From a virus (Duplodnaviria; Caudoviricetes): 64,000 nt of DNA. The notes beneath the pieces were generated by a model. That model did not search any database, was not told the DNA's origin, and saw only the letters and a list, made by a program, of their open reading frames with translations. The stretch lies in the IMG/VR virus record IMGVR_UViG_3300021368_000002, one strand, 5' to 3'. Both the position numbers and the translations under genes were made by a program. This document shows, piece by piece, positions 1-9,332 of the stretch (positions are counted from its first letter, which is position 1; each line of letters starts with the position of its first letter).

Positions 1-96
1 GAAGCAAATGGTAATCATACAAATGCAGCCAAAATTTTAAAAATAGGTAGAACTAATCTTCTTGCTAAAATGAAAAAATATAAGATTAGTTCTTAA
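1..96 (+). CDS. C-terminal end of a Fis-type helix-turn-helix protein (partial; not in ORF track)
   Basis: Frame 1 reads EANGNHTNAAKILKIGRTNLLAKMKKYKISS*, matching the HTH_8 pattern GN.T.AA..L.I.R..L..K.KKY.I. Confidence 0.7.
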   Translation, partial: EANGNHTNAAKILKIGRTNLLAKMKKYKISS

Positions 97-892
97 ATTT
101 CCAAAGTTTCTTTCGAGAACCTTCGTTAATCAATTCAATAATACCTGCTTCTATTGCTGCCCTAACAGCATAATTTACAGGTTCGTTAGTGCTAAATCCA
201 ATTTCGCTTTCGACTAATTTTGTGCCTAAATCAAAAAACTTAAAAATATCTGCGCCTGATCTATAACTTGCTATAGTTTTTTCTGTAGCTACACTAAGCA
301 AAACTTTACCTGTGCTCACACTAACAATTCTCATAACTACTGTGACTGTGTCTACCCTATATTCTGTTTGAGCACCTACGCCTAAATACCTGGCACCTGC
401 ACCACCTACTGCTGTGTTACTATCATAACCTACTATACCGCCTTCTAATATCAATCCTGCAAACACCATTGGCTTCAAAGGTGTCGGTCCATTAGGAAGT
501 TCTTTTTCATATACTTCTCTTGTGTTACGTATAAGCTGTCTTTCTTTTATAAGGTTGTCCATACCTACACGTTCTACAACTTCAAACCATGTGCCTTTGC
601 CTACATCTTGTAGAGCTTTAATCACCCAAACTTCACCGCCTTGTGTAACAGCTGAACTTAGATTTGCAATATTATCTGCAGGTTTACGTTGCCCTGTTTT
701 GTCTAAAAAACTATATACAGCGATTGTAATTTTAGGACCGTCTAATGGAGGGACAGCATCTAACCTTTCAGCAATAGGGCTTATCTGAACTGTAGGACTA
801 CGATCTGCTTCTTCTAATTTTTTTAAGCTATCTATAGCAGCACAACCAGAAAGTATGGTCATGGCTAAAACAAGTAGTGCGGTGCGAAACAT
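86..892 (-). CDS. csgG: CsgG-family curli secretion channel lipoprotein
   Basis: Lipobox ILSGC; WFEVVERVGMDNLIKERQLIR and GGIVGYD motifs; adjacent to csgF-like gene. Confidence 0.85.
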   Translation of the reverse strand: MFRTALLVLAMTILSGCAAIDSLKKLEEADRSPTVQISPIAERLDAVPPLDGPKITIAVYSFLDKTGQRKPADNIANLSSAVTQGGEVWVIKALQDVGKGTWFEVVERVGMDNLIKERQLIRNTREVYEKELPNGPTPLKPMVFAGLILEGGIVGYDSNTAVGGAGARYLGVGAQTEYRVDTVTVVMRIVSVSTGKVLLSVATEKTIASYRSGADIFKFFDLGTKLVESEIGFSTNEPVNYAVRAAIEAGIIELINEGSRKKLWKFKN

Positions 893-1354
893 TTAAAAAT
901 TAAACTCCCCTGCTCCTGGTATAGTTATTTCAGTATACCCGTCTGGTCCATCTACTATCAATGTAATTGCACCAGTATCTGTATCCTTAGTCCATGTAAT
1001 TGTTGCACCCTCTACTTCTGCTGTTCCTGTATTAGCACAGCTATCGCCACAGTCAGCAAACATTGCATCTACCATTTGCTTAGACAATGTAGCATAAATT
1101 CTTGATTCTACATTTCTTATAAATTTTGCGAGAGTGGTATTTTCCAACTCTCTTTCTAACCTAGCCGCTTCAGCATCTGCTGCTTTCCTTGCGTCTTCCT
1201 TCCTATTGTGTTGTAGTTGTTCAACAGAAAGAACGTGTGTACTATATCCATTTCCAAAATGAAATGCAGGTGATTTAAAACTCCAGGTTAGATCACTTGC
1301 AGCTACGTTAGGCAGTGCAAAAAATAAAAAGAATAAAAAAGCCAAATATTTCAT
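893..1354 (-). CDS. csgF: CsgF-like curli assembly component
   Basis: Signal peptide followed by LTWSFKSPAFHFGNG (CsgF F.F.nP.F.G.G pattern); upstream of csgG. Confidence 0.7.
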   Translation of the reverse strand: MKYLAFLFFLFFALPNVAASDLTWSFKSPAFHFGNGYSTHVLSVEQLQHNRKEDARKAADAEAARLERELENTTLAKFIRNVESRIYATLSKQMVDAMFADCGDSCANTGTAEVEGATITWTKDTDTGAITLIVDGPDGYTEITIPGAGEFNF

Positions 1355-1383
1355 ATTCTATACCTCATATATATAGGTATTTA

Positions 1384-2709
1384 TTAAAAATGTAGCTTGA
1401 AAGAAAATCCACCTTTTGTAGGATCAGTTGCGCCTGCTTTTGTTTCAACAGTTACTTTAGCGTTAATTTTTGCAGGCCATTGTGTAGTAAAGCTCATTAC
1501 ACCACGTACTAATTTTGCATCTTGCTGGATAAAGTTAAAGCCAAGTATTTCTAAAACTGCTGCTTCAAAGTTTGGTATAATTCCGCCGTTGATTGCATTC
1601 ATTGCGGCTGCTTTAACTACATAAGTAAGTTTTCCTGCATCTAAAGCATTACCTTTTGTTCTAAGTTCACTAAACAAATTTTGGTATTGCGGTAATTCTG
1701 TTTTTTGTTTCCTGCTGTCTAAAATCTCTTGTATTGCTTCTGGTGTCCAAGGAAGGAATTCATGAAATTTAGTAGGAATTGATTGTGGATCTGCTTCGTA
1801 GCACAAGTTCATAACTTTATAAACTTGACTGATTGTTGTAGGCTTTGGCAAATTAGGATTTTTTACAAGCTCTATAAAGTCGATGGCAGTTTTATATTGC
1901 TTTTTTTCATACATCGCTTTTGGAATTTCTAAAGTTGAAATACTTGGCGGAGCGCCACCGCCTTTGCCTTTACTGCTAATGTTAATTTGGTGTCCTGAAT
2001 TAGGATCTATAAGAGCGTAACTGTCTGCTAATGGTGCGTTTGATGCTTCTGGAAATACTAGAGTAAGATCTTCTATCTGTGTACCCATCCATTTTATAAA
2101 CTTTTCTTTAGCAGGAAAATTACTTACACCTTGAATAAGAGCTTGCACTCCTAAATATTCGCCTGCATAATCATTAATTGCAGCCACTACGCCTTTTCCT
2201 AGTTCCTTTACAGGTACAGTAGGATTTTGACCTGCATTTATTTGCTTAGACATTTCCTTTACAGGATCGCCTGCTTCTTGTACTGAATAATTGGCTGCTA
2301 AAATTTCACTGTGGAGATCGCCTGCCTTAATTCTTCTATCTACAATACCTATATCGCTAGGTTTAAGGCCGGCAGCTTCTTTTGGTATATCTTTGTTTGC
2401 AACGGTCTGGCCTGGGGGGATTGCTTGTCCGCCGTAGTCTTTTGTTTTTAGAAAACTTCCTAGTGCAAATTCTTTACCGTCTTTGCCCTTGATAGTAACT
2501 TTATTTGTAAATTCTCCGTTATCTAAAAGATCTTGGAATCTATCTGCTTCTTTAGGATCTGCAATAAATTCTGTGCCGTCAGTAAAATATAATGGTTTAC
2601 CTGTACGAATATTATTTAATAGATTGTTAAATCTATTCATATCCTTAGTAAGTTTACCCGGTGTCAGGGTTGTCAGGGCTTCTACAATTTTAAATTCTTC
2701 GTAACGCAT
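1384..2709 (-). CDS. Hypothetical protein with T4-like capsid-targeting N-terminus (probable internal head protein)
   Basis: 441 aa ORF starting MRYEEFKIVEA; ATAAATAC late-type box 3 nt upstream of ATG. Confidence 0.55.
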   Translation of the reverse strand: MRYEEFKIVEALTTLTPGKLTKDMNRFNNLLNNIRTGKPLYFTDGTEFIADPKEADRFQDLLDNGEFTNKVTIKGKDGKEFALGSFLKTKDYGGQAIPPGQTVANKDIPKEAAGLKPSDIGIVDRRIKAGDLHSEILAANYSVQEAGDPVKEMSKQINAGQNPTVPVKELGKGVVAAINDYAGEYLGVQALIQGVSNFPAKEKFIKWMGTQIEDLTLVFPEASNAPLADSYALIDPNSGHQINISSKGKGGGAPPSISTLEIPKAMYEKKQYKTAIDFIELVKNPNLPKPTTISQVYKVMNLCYEADPQSIPTKFHEFLPWTPEAIQEILDSRKQKTELPQYQNLFSELRTKGNALDAGKLTYVVKAAAMNAINGGIIPNFEAAVLEILGFNFIQQDAKLVRGVMSFTTQWPAKINAKVTVETKAGATDPTKGGFSFKLHF

Positions 2710-2716
2710 AAAGTAT

Positions 2717-3409
2717 TTATGCTAATTTAGGGAATAACATATCTGTACAGAATTTATCAACATCTTCCTCAGGAAGTCCTAGAGATTTCATTACATTTGG
2801 TGTATGTGGATTTTGTTGCTGATTATGACAGTAGTAGTCTTGGCAAGCAGACACGATTGCAGGATCACCTTCTCCATCAGTTATGCCTACTTCGTCAAAG
2901 TATGCTCTTAAATTATCTAATGCAATACGTATGATCTCAGTTGCTTCTTCATCTGTCTTTACATTACCAGCGGCAAGCATTTTGTCTGTAAAGATATTAC
3001 GAGCCCATTCTGGCAGTTCACGTTGCTTTTCTGGTATAAAGTGTTCTACACTTTCAAAGTAACCTTGTATCATATCGTGATTAGGGTCAGCACTTGGTGA
3101 AAAGTCGTGGAACGCACCTGTCATTTTATTTTTACCAGCAATAACATCAAAGCCGTAAATAGGTGCAGGATTGTTCAGTTGAGGGAAAATACAAACGTGC
3201 ATCATCCATAGTCCTTTTGAGTCCCTAGCATCAACAACATCTATATGAGCTCTTCGCACACTTTTGTTTGCCCAAACTCTGTTAATCCAACCACTGTCAG
3301 GTCTATTAAAATGATCTAATCCATCTTCTTGTATTTCTGTTGCCTGTTCATCAAAAATATTAATTATTTCATCTTTGCATTCTATTAGTTTATCCCAAAT
3401 CAAACTCAT
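2717..3409 (-). CDS. pcyX: Ferredoxin-dependent bilin reductase, PcyX/PcyA type
   Basis: RRAHIDVVDAR..GLWMMHVCIFP..PAPIYGFDVIAG..MTGAFHDFSP; directly downstream of heme oxygenase; likely start MSLIWDK at 3409. Confidence 0.85.
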   Translation of the reverse strand: MSLIWDKLIECKDEIINIFDEQATEIQEDGLDHFNRPDSGWINRVWANKSVRRAHIDVVDARDSKGLWMMHVCIFPQLNNPAPIYGFDVIAGKNKMTGAFHDFSPSADPNHDMIQGYFESVEHFIPEKQRELPEWARNIFTDKMLAAGNVKTDEEATEIIRIALDNLRAYFDEVGITDGEGDPAIVSACQDYYCHNQQQNPHTPNVMKSLGLPEEDVDKFCTDMLFPKLA

Positions 3410-3935
3410 CTGCAAGTTCCTTAAATAATTGTGTAGCAAATTCAAAACAGACAATAGCTTCCTCTGCCATTGAATCGTTTATCTTTGCTCTAATTTTTTC
3501 TTTATATTCGTTAACATCACAATCAAATTTGTAATAGTTACCTTCTCCTGGTACCCGCTTGGCTATCATTTGTCCGCCGCTTAGGTCGCCCATATGTCTT
3601 ACATAGACGTGTGCCATAATTTTATCTGCATCGTCCATGATAGATAACATATGTTTATGGTATTCTTCTATAACGTCTGTGTACTTGACAACTTTGTCTT
3701 TAGGCCATAGTTCTCTAGCATCTTTTAATATTGCTGGCCCACGTCTAATGTTTGGTATGTCATTAAATAATCCATGAGCCATTGCCATTGCTTCTAAAAC
3801 ATCATAGCAAGCGTGTTGGTGCCAAAGGTAACAAGCATACTGTTCATCAGTTAGCTGTCCTTTGAACATTGCTTTTACAAATGTTTGGCGTTCTGCATTT
3901 TTATGATGTTCCCAAGTAAGGTCTTTTAAACTCAT
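3390..3935 (-). CDS. hemO: Heme oxygenase
   Basis: EHHKNAE proximal His helix; AHVYVRHMGDLSGGQ signature. Confidence 0.93.
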   Translation of the reverse strand: MSLKDLTWEHHKNAERQTFVKAMFKGQLTDEQYACYLWHQHACYDVLEAMAMAHGLFNDIPNIRRGPAILKDARELWPKDKVVKYTDVIEEYHKHMLSIMDDADKIMAHVYVRHMGDLSGGQMIAKRVPGEGNYYKFDCDVNEYKEKIRAKINDSMAEEAIVCFEFATQLFKELADEFDLG

Positions 3936-4249
3936 TCTTCCTCAACTTTGATTTGCAACGGAAAGCCATTTTGTCTGCTTAAATTAGTTGCTTCTATTGC
4001 CTTTTGTTCAGCTATTTCATATGTATATATGCCTGCTACTCCTGCACCTTCATGATGAATGGTTAGAGTTAACTTTTCAGCAGTATCGGATGAGTGTCTA
4101 AAAATCTGTATGAGTAATTCTATTACAAAATCAATCGGTGTATTGTTATCATTTAAAAGAATTACCTTATATAGAGGTGGTTCAAATGCAGTATCTTTAA
4201 TTTTTTCGTCGATAACAATTTCTTCTAAAATATCAATATCAGCTGACAT
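3932..4249 (-). CDS. clpS: ATP-dependent Clp protease adaptor ClpS
   Basis: YKVILLNDNNTPIDFVIELL..IF and IHHEGAGVAGIY..EIAEQK motifs. Confidence 0.93.
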   Translation of the reverse strand: MSADIDILEEIVIDEKIKDTAFEPPLYKVILLNDNNTPIDFVIELLIQIFRHSSDTAEKLTLTIHHEGAGVAGIYTYEIAEQKAIEATNLSRQNGFPLQIKVEEE

Positions 4250-4296
4250 TACATTCTCCTTGGAAAAGAGGGGGGATACCTTCCCCCCTAACTATA

Positions 4297-4761
4297 TTAT
4301 TCTTGAGTTTCGCCTTCTAGAATATTGTTACCATCTACGATTTTAATACGCTTAGGTTGTAACTCTTCTGGAACTTCACGCTTCAAGTGGATGTTTAGCA
4401 TACCTAGTTCAAGGTTTGCACAATGCACTTCTACGTGATCAGCAAGTGTAAACTCTCTACGGAAGTTTCGGCCACCGATGCCCTTGTGTAGATAGTTTAC
4501 TTCATCTCCTCCTTTAGGAGCTGTTCCTTCTACTCTCAAAATATTACCGTCTTTAGTAATTTCTAAGTTATCCATACCAAAGCCAGCAACCGCAAGAGAG
4601 ATCATATACTCGTCTTCGTTGATTTGTGCAATGTTGTATGGAGGATAACCGTTACCGTTTGGACTGTTTGCAAATGAACGTTCTAGTTCATTGAATAGTC
4701 TGTCAAAGCCAATAGTTGCTCTGTGAAAGTTAGGTAGGTCTAGAGTTGTTAGTCTTGTCAT
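4297..4761 (-). CDS. hsp20: Small heat-shock protein (Hsp20/IbpA type)
   Basis: IGFDRLF, YPPYNI, LAVAGF, YLHKGIGGRNFRREF and LGMLNIHL motifs. Confidence 0.95.
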   Translation of the reverse strand: MTRLTTLDLPNFHRATIGFDRLFNELERSFANSPNGNGYPPYNIAQINEDEYMISLAVAGFGMDNLEITKDGNILRVEGTAPKGGDEVNYLHKGIGGRNFRREFTLADHVEVHCANLELGMLNIHLKREVPEELQPKRIKIVDGNNILEGETQE

Positions 4762-4815
4762 GTTTTTTCTCCTTTAATAAGCAAGTTAACATTTGTGCCC
4801 TTTTCGGCGCACGTT
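4762..4815 (-). promoter_or_regulatory. ROSE-like RNA thermometer in the hsp20 leader
   Basis: Minus strand reads ...GUGCGCCGAAAAGGGCAC...UUGCU-UAUUAA-AGGAG...AUG; U(U/C)GCU facing the SD is the ROSE hallmark. Confidence 0.55.
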
Positions 4816-4864
4816 TTATTTATCATCATAATACTATAATATAATAAAAAAGAACGATTGTCAA

Positions 4865-5464
4865 CTAAAATTTTATTAATATTTCAGTGCCAACCCATAT
4901 TCTTCTTGGCTGATATCTGTCATTAGACTGTGTCTGTACAAAAATTCCATAGTCTACTTTTTTGCCTTTCCACTTTGTTCCAACATAAGTCATTATCAAG
5001 GGAATTTGTTTGGTATCTATTACGTAATGCGGCTCTACAAATATGTATGGTTGTCCTATCAATTCATACTTTTGCCATTTATATCCTATTCTTGGTCTAT
5101 AACGTAATTGATTATCTCTACGTTGCCGCTCTCTATATTCAAATCGTGACCAATAAAAAAATCCGTTATCATAATGTTTAATTTGAAAACGGACGTTATT
5201 CAGTTTTTGATCGTTAAGAGTTTGACGTCTGTACTCAAATTGATAAGGAGTATCCTTTATTTTATATCTTATCCATTCGTGATTATCTGGATGGTTATGG
5301 AATTGTTTTATTCCGAAACTAAGTTCATTGTTGACTTTAAAATCAAAGTTAAGTTCAGTCCTTTCAAATCTTTCTATATCAGCAAGAGCTGGAAAGGCCG
5401 TTAAAAGTAAAATAATAAAAGTTGTTGCAAGTTTCATAAATCCTCCGTTGTAAGTACAGAACAT
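4865..5464 (-). CDS. Outer-membrane beta-barrel-like protein (DUF2490-like)
   Basis: Signal peptide MKLATT..PALA; alternating aromatic strands; NQLRYRPRIGY motif; C-terminal Phe. Confidence 0.55.
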   Translation of the reverse strand: MFCTYNGGFMKLATTFIILLLTAFPALADIERFERTELNFDFKVNNELSFGIKQFHNHPDNHEWIRYKIKDTPYQFEYRRQTLNDQKLNNVRFQIKHYDNGFFYWSRFEYRERQRRDNQLRYRPRIGYKWQKYELIGQPYIFVEPHYVIDTKQIPLIMTYVGTKWKGKKVDYGIFVQTQSNDRYQPRRIWVGTEILIKF

Positions 5465-5488
5465 TTATCTCTTTTGCAACAACTTGGT

Positions 5489-6646
5489 TTAAAATCCGAC
5501 TGTGTTTTTTTCGTATACTGCATTGTGCGTTTGTGTACAACGCACAAACGTGGTGCATTTACTTAGATGCTTTAATCTTACTGCACCTGCGTAAGTACAA
5601 GCAGAACGCAACCCACCCAAAATATTTTGAATAGTATTACCCACTGCTCCTCTGTAAGGCACAAGAACTTCTCGTCCTTCACTACTTCTATACTCCTTAA
5701 GGCCACCAAAATGTTTGTCGTTCGCGGCCTTTGAACTCATTCCGTAGAATTGTACAAACTGCTTGTTTTCTATTACAGGATGATAGGTTTCGTCATTTTG
5801 CTTAAACCAGTGTTCACCTGTTGCGTAATATTTGGTGATTACTTCCCCACCGCCTTCATCGTGCCCAGCAAGCATCCCGCCAAGCATAACAAAATCTGCT
5901 CCGCCTGCAAAGGCTTTAGCGACATCTCCAGGGCAAGTACACCCGCCGTCAGCAATAACGTGACCCCCAAGTCCATGTGCGGCATCTGCGCACTCGATAA
6001 CCGCAGATAACTGCGGATATCCAACACCAGTTTGTATGCGAGTAGTGCAAACACTCCCGGGACCAATGCCCACTTTAACAATATCAGCTCCTGCAAGGAT
6101 AAGTTCCTCCGTCATTTCGCCAGTAACTACGTTACCTGCAATAATTACAATTTGTGGATACAGCTGTCTAAACTGCCGTACAAACGCAACAAAACGCTCA
6201 CTATACCCATTTGCTACATCAATACAAACATATTTTAGATTACCGTCTGCTTGCTCGTATACGTCACGAAACTTTTGATGGTCAGTATCAGTAATACCGA
6301 TACTCATAGCAACATAGTTTGTACGTTCATACATATCAGTGTCAAAATAACCCACAAGCTCTTGCACAGAATAAGTTTTCTTCAAGCAAGTGAATAAGCC
6401 GCCAGCAGCCAATTTATCGGCGATAGCGAACGTACCAACACCGTCCATGTTAGCAGCCATAATAGGAACACCACGCCAATGACGGTTATCAGGACGTATT
6501 TGCTCCATAGTCATATCTTCTGGCTGCCAATTACGCCATGTATAGCCTCGTTCTAGATCAACTTGTTTACGACTGCCTAATGTACTACGCTTAGGACGTA
6601 TCAAAACATCTTTGTAATCTAATTTGTTATCTGACTCAAGACGCAT
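5489..6646 (-). CDS. guaC: GMP reductase
   Basis: [28 protein letters not shown] and [13 protein letters not shown] motifs. Confidence 0.95.
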   Translation of the reverse strand: MRLESDNKLDYKDVLIRPKRSTLGSRKQVDLERGYTWRNWQPEDMTMEQIRPDNRHWRGVPIMAANMDGVGTFAIADKLAAGGLFTCLKKTYSVQELVGYFDTDMYERTNYVAMSIGITDTDHQKFRDVYEQADGNLKYVCIDVANGYSERFVAFVRQFRQLYPQIVIIAGNVVTGEMTEELILAGADIVKVGIGPGSVCTTRIQTGVGYPQLSAVIECADAAHGLGGHVIADGGCTCPGDVAKAFAGGADFVMLGGMLAGHDEGGGEVITKYYATGEHWFKQNDETYHPVIENKQFVQFYGMSSKAANDKHFGGLKEYRSSEGREVLVPYRGAVGNTIQNILGGLRSACTYAGAVRLKHLSKCTTFVRCTQTHNAVYEKNTVGF

Positions 6647-6648
6647 TT

Positions 6649-6909
6649 TTAATAACCTAAATCCTGCTCACGTTTTTTTACTTTCTTAAGCCAACGAGCT
6701 CTACCAGCAGCTTTTGCTTTCTTACGCTTTTCACTAGGTTTTGTATAAAATTGACGTTCTCTAAGTTCTTGTAGGATTCCGTCCTCTTGAACTTTCTTTT
6801 TAAATTTACGTAATGCGTAATTGAAATCACCGTTACGCACCTCAACAGATAGGCCTGTCTTTTGACGCTCGCCTTTCTTATTATTATTGATGTTGTTGTT
6901 TCTTCTCAA
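6649..6909 (-). CDS. rpsU: Ribosomal protein bS21
   Basis: [39 protein letters not shown]; probable TTG start at 6909 behind GGAGGT. Confidence 0.92.
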   Translation of the reverse strand: MRRNNNINNNKKGERQKTGLSVEVRNGDFNYALRKFKKKVQEDGILQELRERQFYTKPSEKRKKAKAAGRARWLKKVKKREQDLGY

Positions 6910-7336
6910 TGTAACCTCCAAATGTGTCTGATAAGAAATCTAGATTGTATTGCCTGTTATCACTTAATATATTATAATACAGGTATTCAGTATTTGTCAA
7001 CCAAAAAACATTGTCATGTGAAATTAAATAACTTGTAAAATTCTTTACAACATTATCTGAATTATCAACATCATAAATTACAATATTTGATTGCTTGATC
7101 AAAGTCAAGAGCCATTTTATATCTATATTATCATTTTCTAAAACATAGACATTAACATCAAACTCTATAGTTTCTAGATGTTTTTGTAGCTCTAATTTTA
7201 GTCCTTTACTAGGACAGATTAAAACAATACTATAAGTGTTATTGTATAGTATGTCAGGTGGAGTAATTAATCTAATCTTTGTCACGTTGTATCCGTTGCC
7301 ATATTGTATTATTGCCTTGCTCGGCATTTTGTTCAT
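6884..7336 (-). CDS. Hypothetical protein
   Basis: 150 aa ORF in operon context. Confidence 0.5.
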   Translation of the reverse strand: MNKMPSKAIIQYGNGYNVTKIRLITPPDILYNNTYSIVLICPSKGLKLELQKHLETIEFDVNVYVLENDNIDIKWLLTLIKQSNIVIYDVDNSDNVVKNFTSYLISHDNVFWLTNTEYLYYNILSDNRQYNLDFLSDTFGGYIEKKQQHQ

Positions 7337-9329
7337 ATGTTGGATTAGTTTCTTTCTTGACTTGCTCGCCTTTTTCTAGCATGATATACTTTTTAGTAGG
7401 CAAATACTTCTGCCAAGGAACTTCATCTAACTTACCTTGTATATATGCTTGCTTTTGTTCCTTGATAGTGCTATCTGGATTTTCATCTTTCCATTGACGT
7501 TTAGCTTTTTGCCAATCTTCAAGTTGTTCTTGTTCTTCTAGTTCTTGGGCTCTTTCTTGTTCCTCGGCAGTTGTAAGTAAAGGTCCTGTGTCCTCCTCCA
7601 CTGTCTGCCCTGCTGGAACACTTGCCCCATCGCTATCTTGCCCCATTCGTTCATCGCTGTCCACATTGACTTCTTGTAATGGTAGCTCAAGTTGGTTTTC
7701 ATCATTGTGTCCATCATTTGTAGGCTCATCAATTGGATCTTTAGTAGGTGGTATATCATCTACTTCTCCTTCTTCATTTTTTTCTTCAGTCTCCTTCTCA
7801 GGAGTATTAACAGTATAGCCAGGGTTGTCAACTATTCGTTGTGCCCTTGCTTGCTCGTATTGCCGAAGCCAGTCACCGCGGTCATCTTTGCGTTTTCTAA
7901 ACTCAAAGGTATATTGGCTTGCTATCAGCAATAAGACTGCTAGTGGGTCAAATACAAATATAATAATAAGTATCACCCAACGAACTGCTTCCTCAAGAAC
8001 AGTATTGTCTGCTGTGTCTCCATATACAAATTCTGCAATGTATTTGATTGGTCCTACTTCTGCTTCTAATTTCCTGTATTCTGCTTGTAAAGCATATTTT
8101 TCTTCTGTTAATGTGTCTATCTCGTCTTCTGCTTTTTTGATACGTGCTAGTTGCTCATCTACTGCCGCATCTATTTCATCAGCCTTGTCTGTCTGTGCTA
8201 GTTGTGATCTTAGACGTTCAATCAGTGCTTGGCTGTTAGCAACCTGGTCTTCTGCACTTTTGCGTAGTCTTTGTATTTCATCTCTTGCTGTTTGAATTAC
8301 TGGTGACTCTGTTTGACGTACTTCGTCGATCTTGCTTAACATAGTCAATTCGCGATCTTTTAATGCAGGTATCTGTGTCTGTCGAATATCTTTAACAACA
8401 CCTGCTAGGCGTTCACGTTCTGTGTCAACTGTAGTTGTAGCATTTTGACGAAGTTTGCTGATGTCGCCTTGTATTTGTGTTATGCGTTCACGCTGGGCCG
8501 CAACCCAAGCAACCAGAGCTTTACGGGTATTATTACCAAATGCTCCATCACTTGTTACACCAATAATTGCTTGCCCTGCTCTAATCTGATCTCGTTCACC
8601 ACTATTAACTTGGTTTGTTACACGAATAATTTCTTTTTCAATTGTATCTATTTGTTCAAGTAAAGGATCTACTGCACTTGTATCAGCACTTAGATTTGCA
8701 ATTTTTCCTTCGTATTCTCTTGCACTAGTTTCAAGTCTAAGTATTTCTGCTTGAATACTTGTTAGTTGATCTTCGTATGGTTTTGTTCGATTTGCATCGC
8801 CTGCTCTAGCATCTTCTATAATTTTATTTTGCTGTGTAATAGCAGGTTGAATACGTTCAAATGCTTTATCTATACGTTCCTGCTCTTTATCAATTTGTGC
8901 TTGTATATTGGCATCTGCACCTGTGCCGCTTGACTCTAGTTGTTTTATCTTAGCTTCAGCACGATCTATAACAGCATTTAATCTACCTAGCTCACTATCA
9001 ATTTGTTCAACCTGTGCAATACTTTCTTCGCTTGCACTTGTCTGTTCAATATGTGCCTTTGAAAGGAAACCAAAAATGCCCATGCTTGTTATAAACATCA
9101 GCACAATTACAGCAGTTGTCAAATAAGTTTTAAGCCACCAAGTTGCCTGCTTCCAATACTTGTGTAACCATACCGCAGTGACTAGTTTGCCGATTTCTAA
9201 TGCGCCGCCCATAACCATAATAGGGAAAGCGGCTGCGGCAAAGATTGCCACAAGCCCTGCGATAGAGTAATAAATTGCTACACCGCTAATTGTAAGAGCG
9301 GTAATTAAAACTAATATTCCTAATGCCAT
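7272..9329 (-). CDS. Membrane-anchored long coiled-coil protein
   Basis: Three N-terminal TM helices, long heptad region, further TM near aa 450, acidic tail; follows the cell-wall hydrolase. Confidence 0.7.
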   Translation of the reverse strand: MALGILVLITALTISGVAIYYSIAGLVAIFAAAAFPIMVMGGALEIGKLVTAVWLHKYWKQATWWLKTYLTTAVIVLMFITSMGIFGFLSKAHIEQTSASEESIAQVEQIDSELGRLNAVIDRAEAKIKQLESSGTGADANIQAQIDKEQERIDKAFERIQPAITQQNKIIEDARAGDANRTKPYEDQLTSIQAEILRLETSAREYEGKIANLSADTSAVDPLLEQIDTIEKEIIRVTNQVNSGERDQIRAGQAIIGVTSDGAFGNNTRKALVAWVAAQRERITQIQGDISKLRQNATTTVDTERERLAGVVKDIRQTQIPALKDRELTMLSKIDEVRQTESPVIQTARDEIQRLRKSAEDQVANSQALIERLRSQLAQTDKADEIDAAVDEQLARIKKAEDEIDTLTEEKYALQAEYRKLEAEVGPIKYIAEFVYGDTADNTVLEEAVRWVILIIIFVFDPLAVLLLIASQYTFEFRKRKDDRGDWLRQYEQARAQRIVDNPGYTVNTPEKETEEKNEEGEVDDIPPTKDPIDEPTNDGHNDENQLELPLQEVNVDSDERMGQDSDGASVPAGQTVEEDTGPLLTTAEEQERAQELEEQEQLEDWQKAKRQWKDENPDSTIKEQKQAYIQGKLDEVPWQKYLPTKKYIMLEKGEQVKKETNPTYEQNAEQGNNTIWQRIQRDKD

Positions 9330-9332
9330 ACA

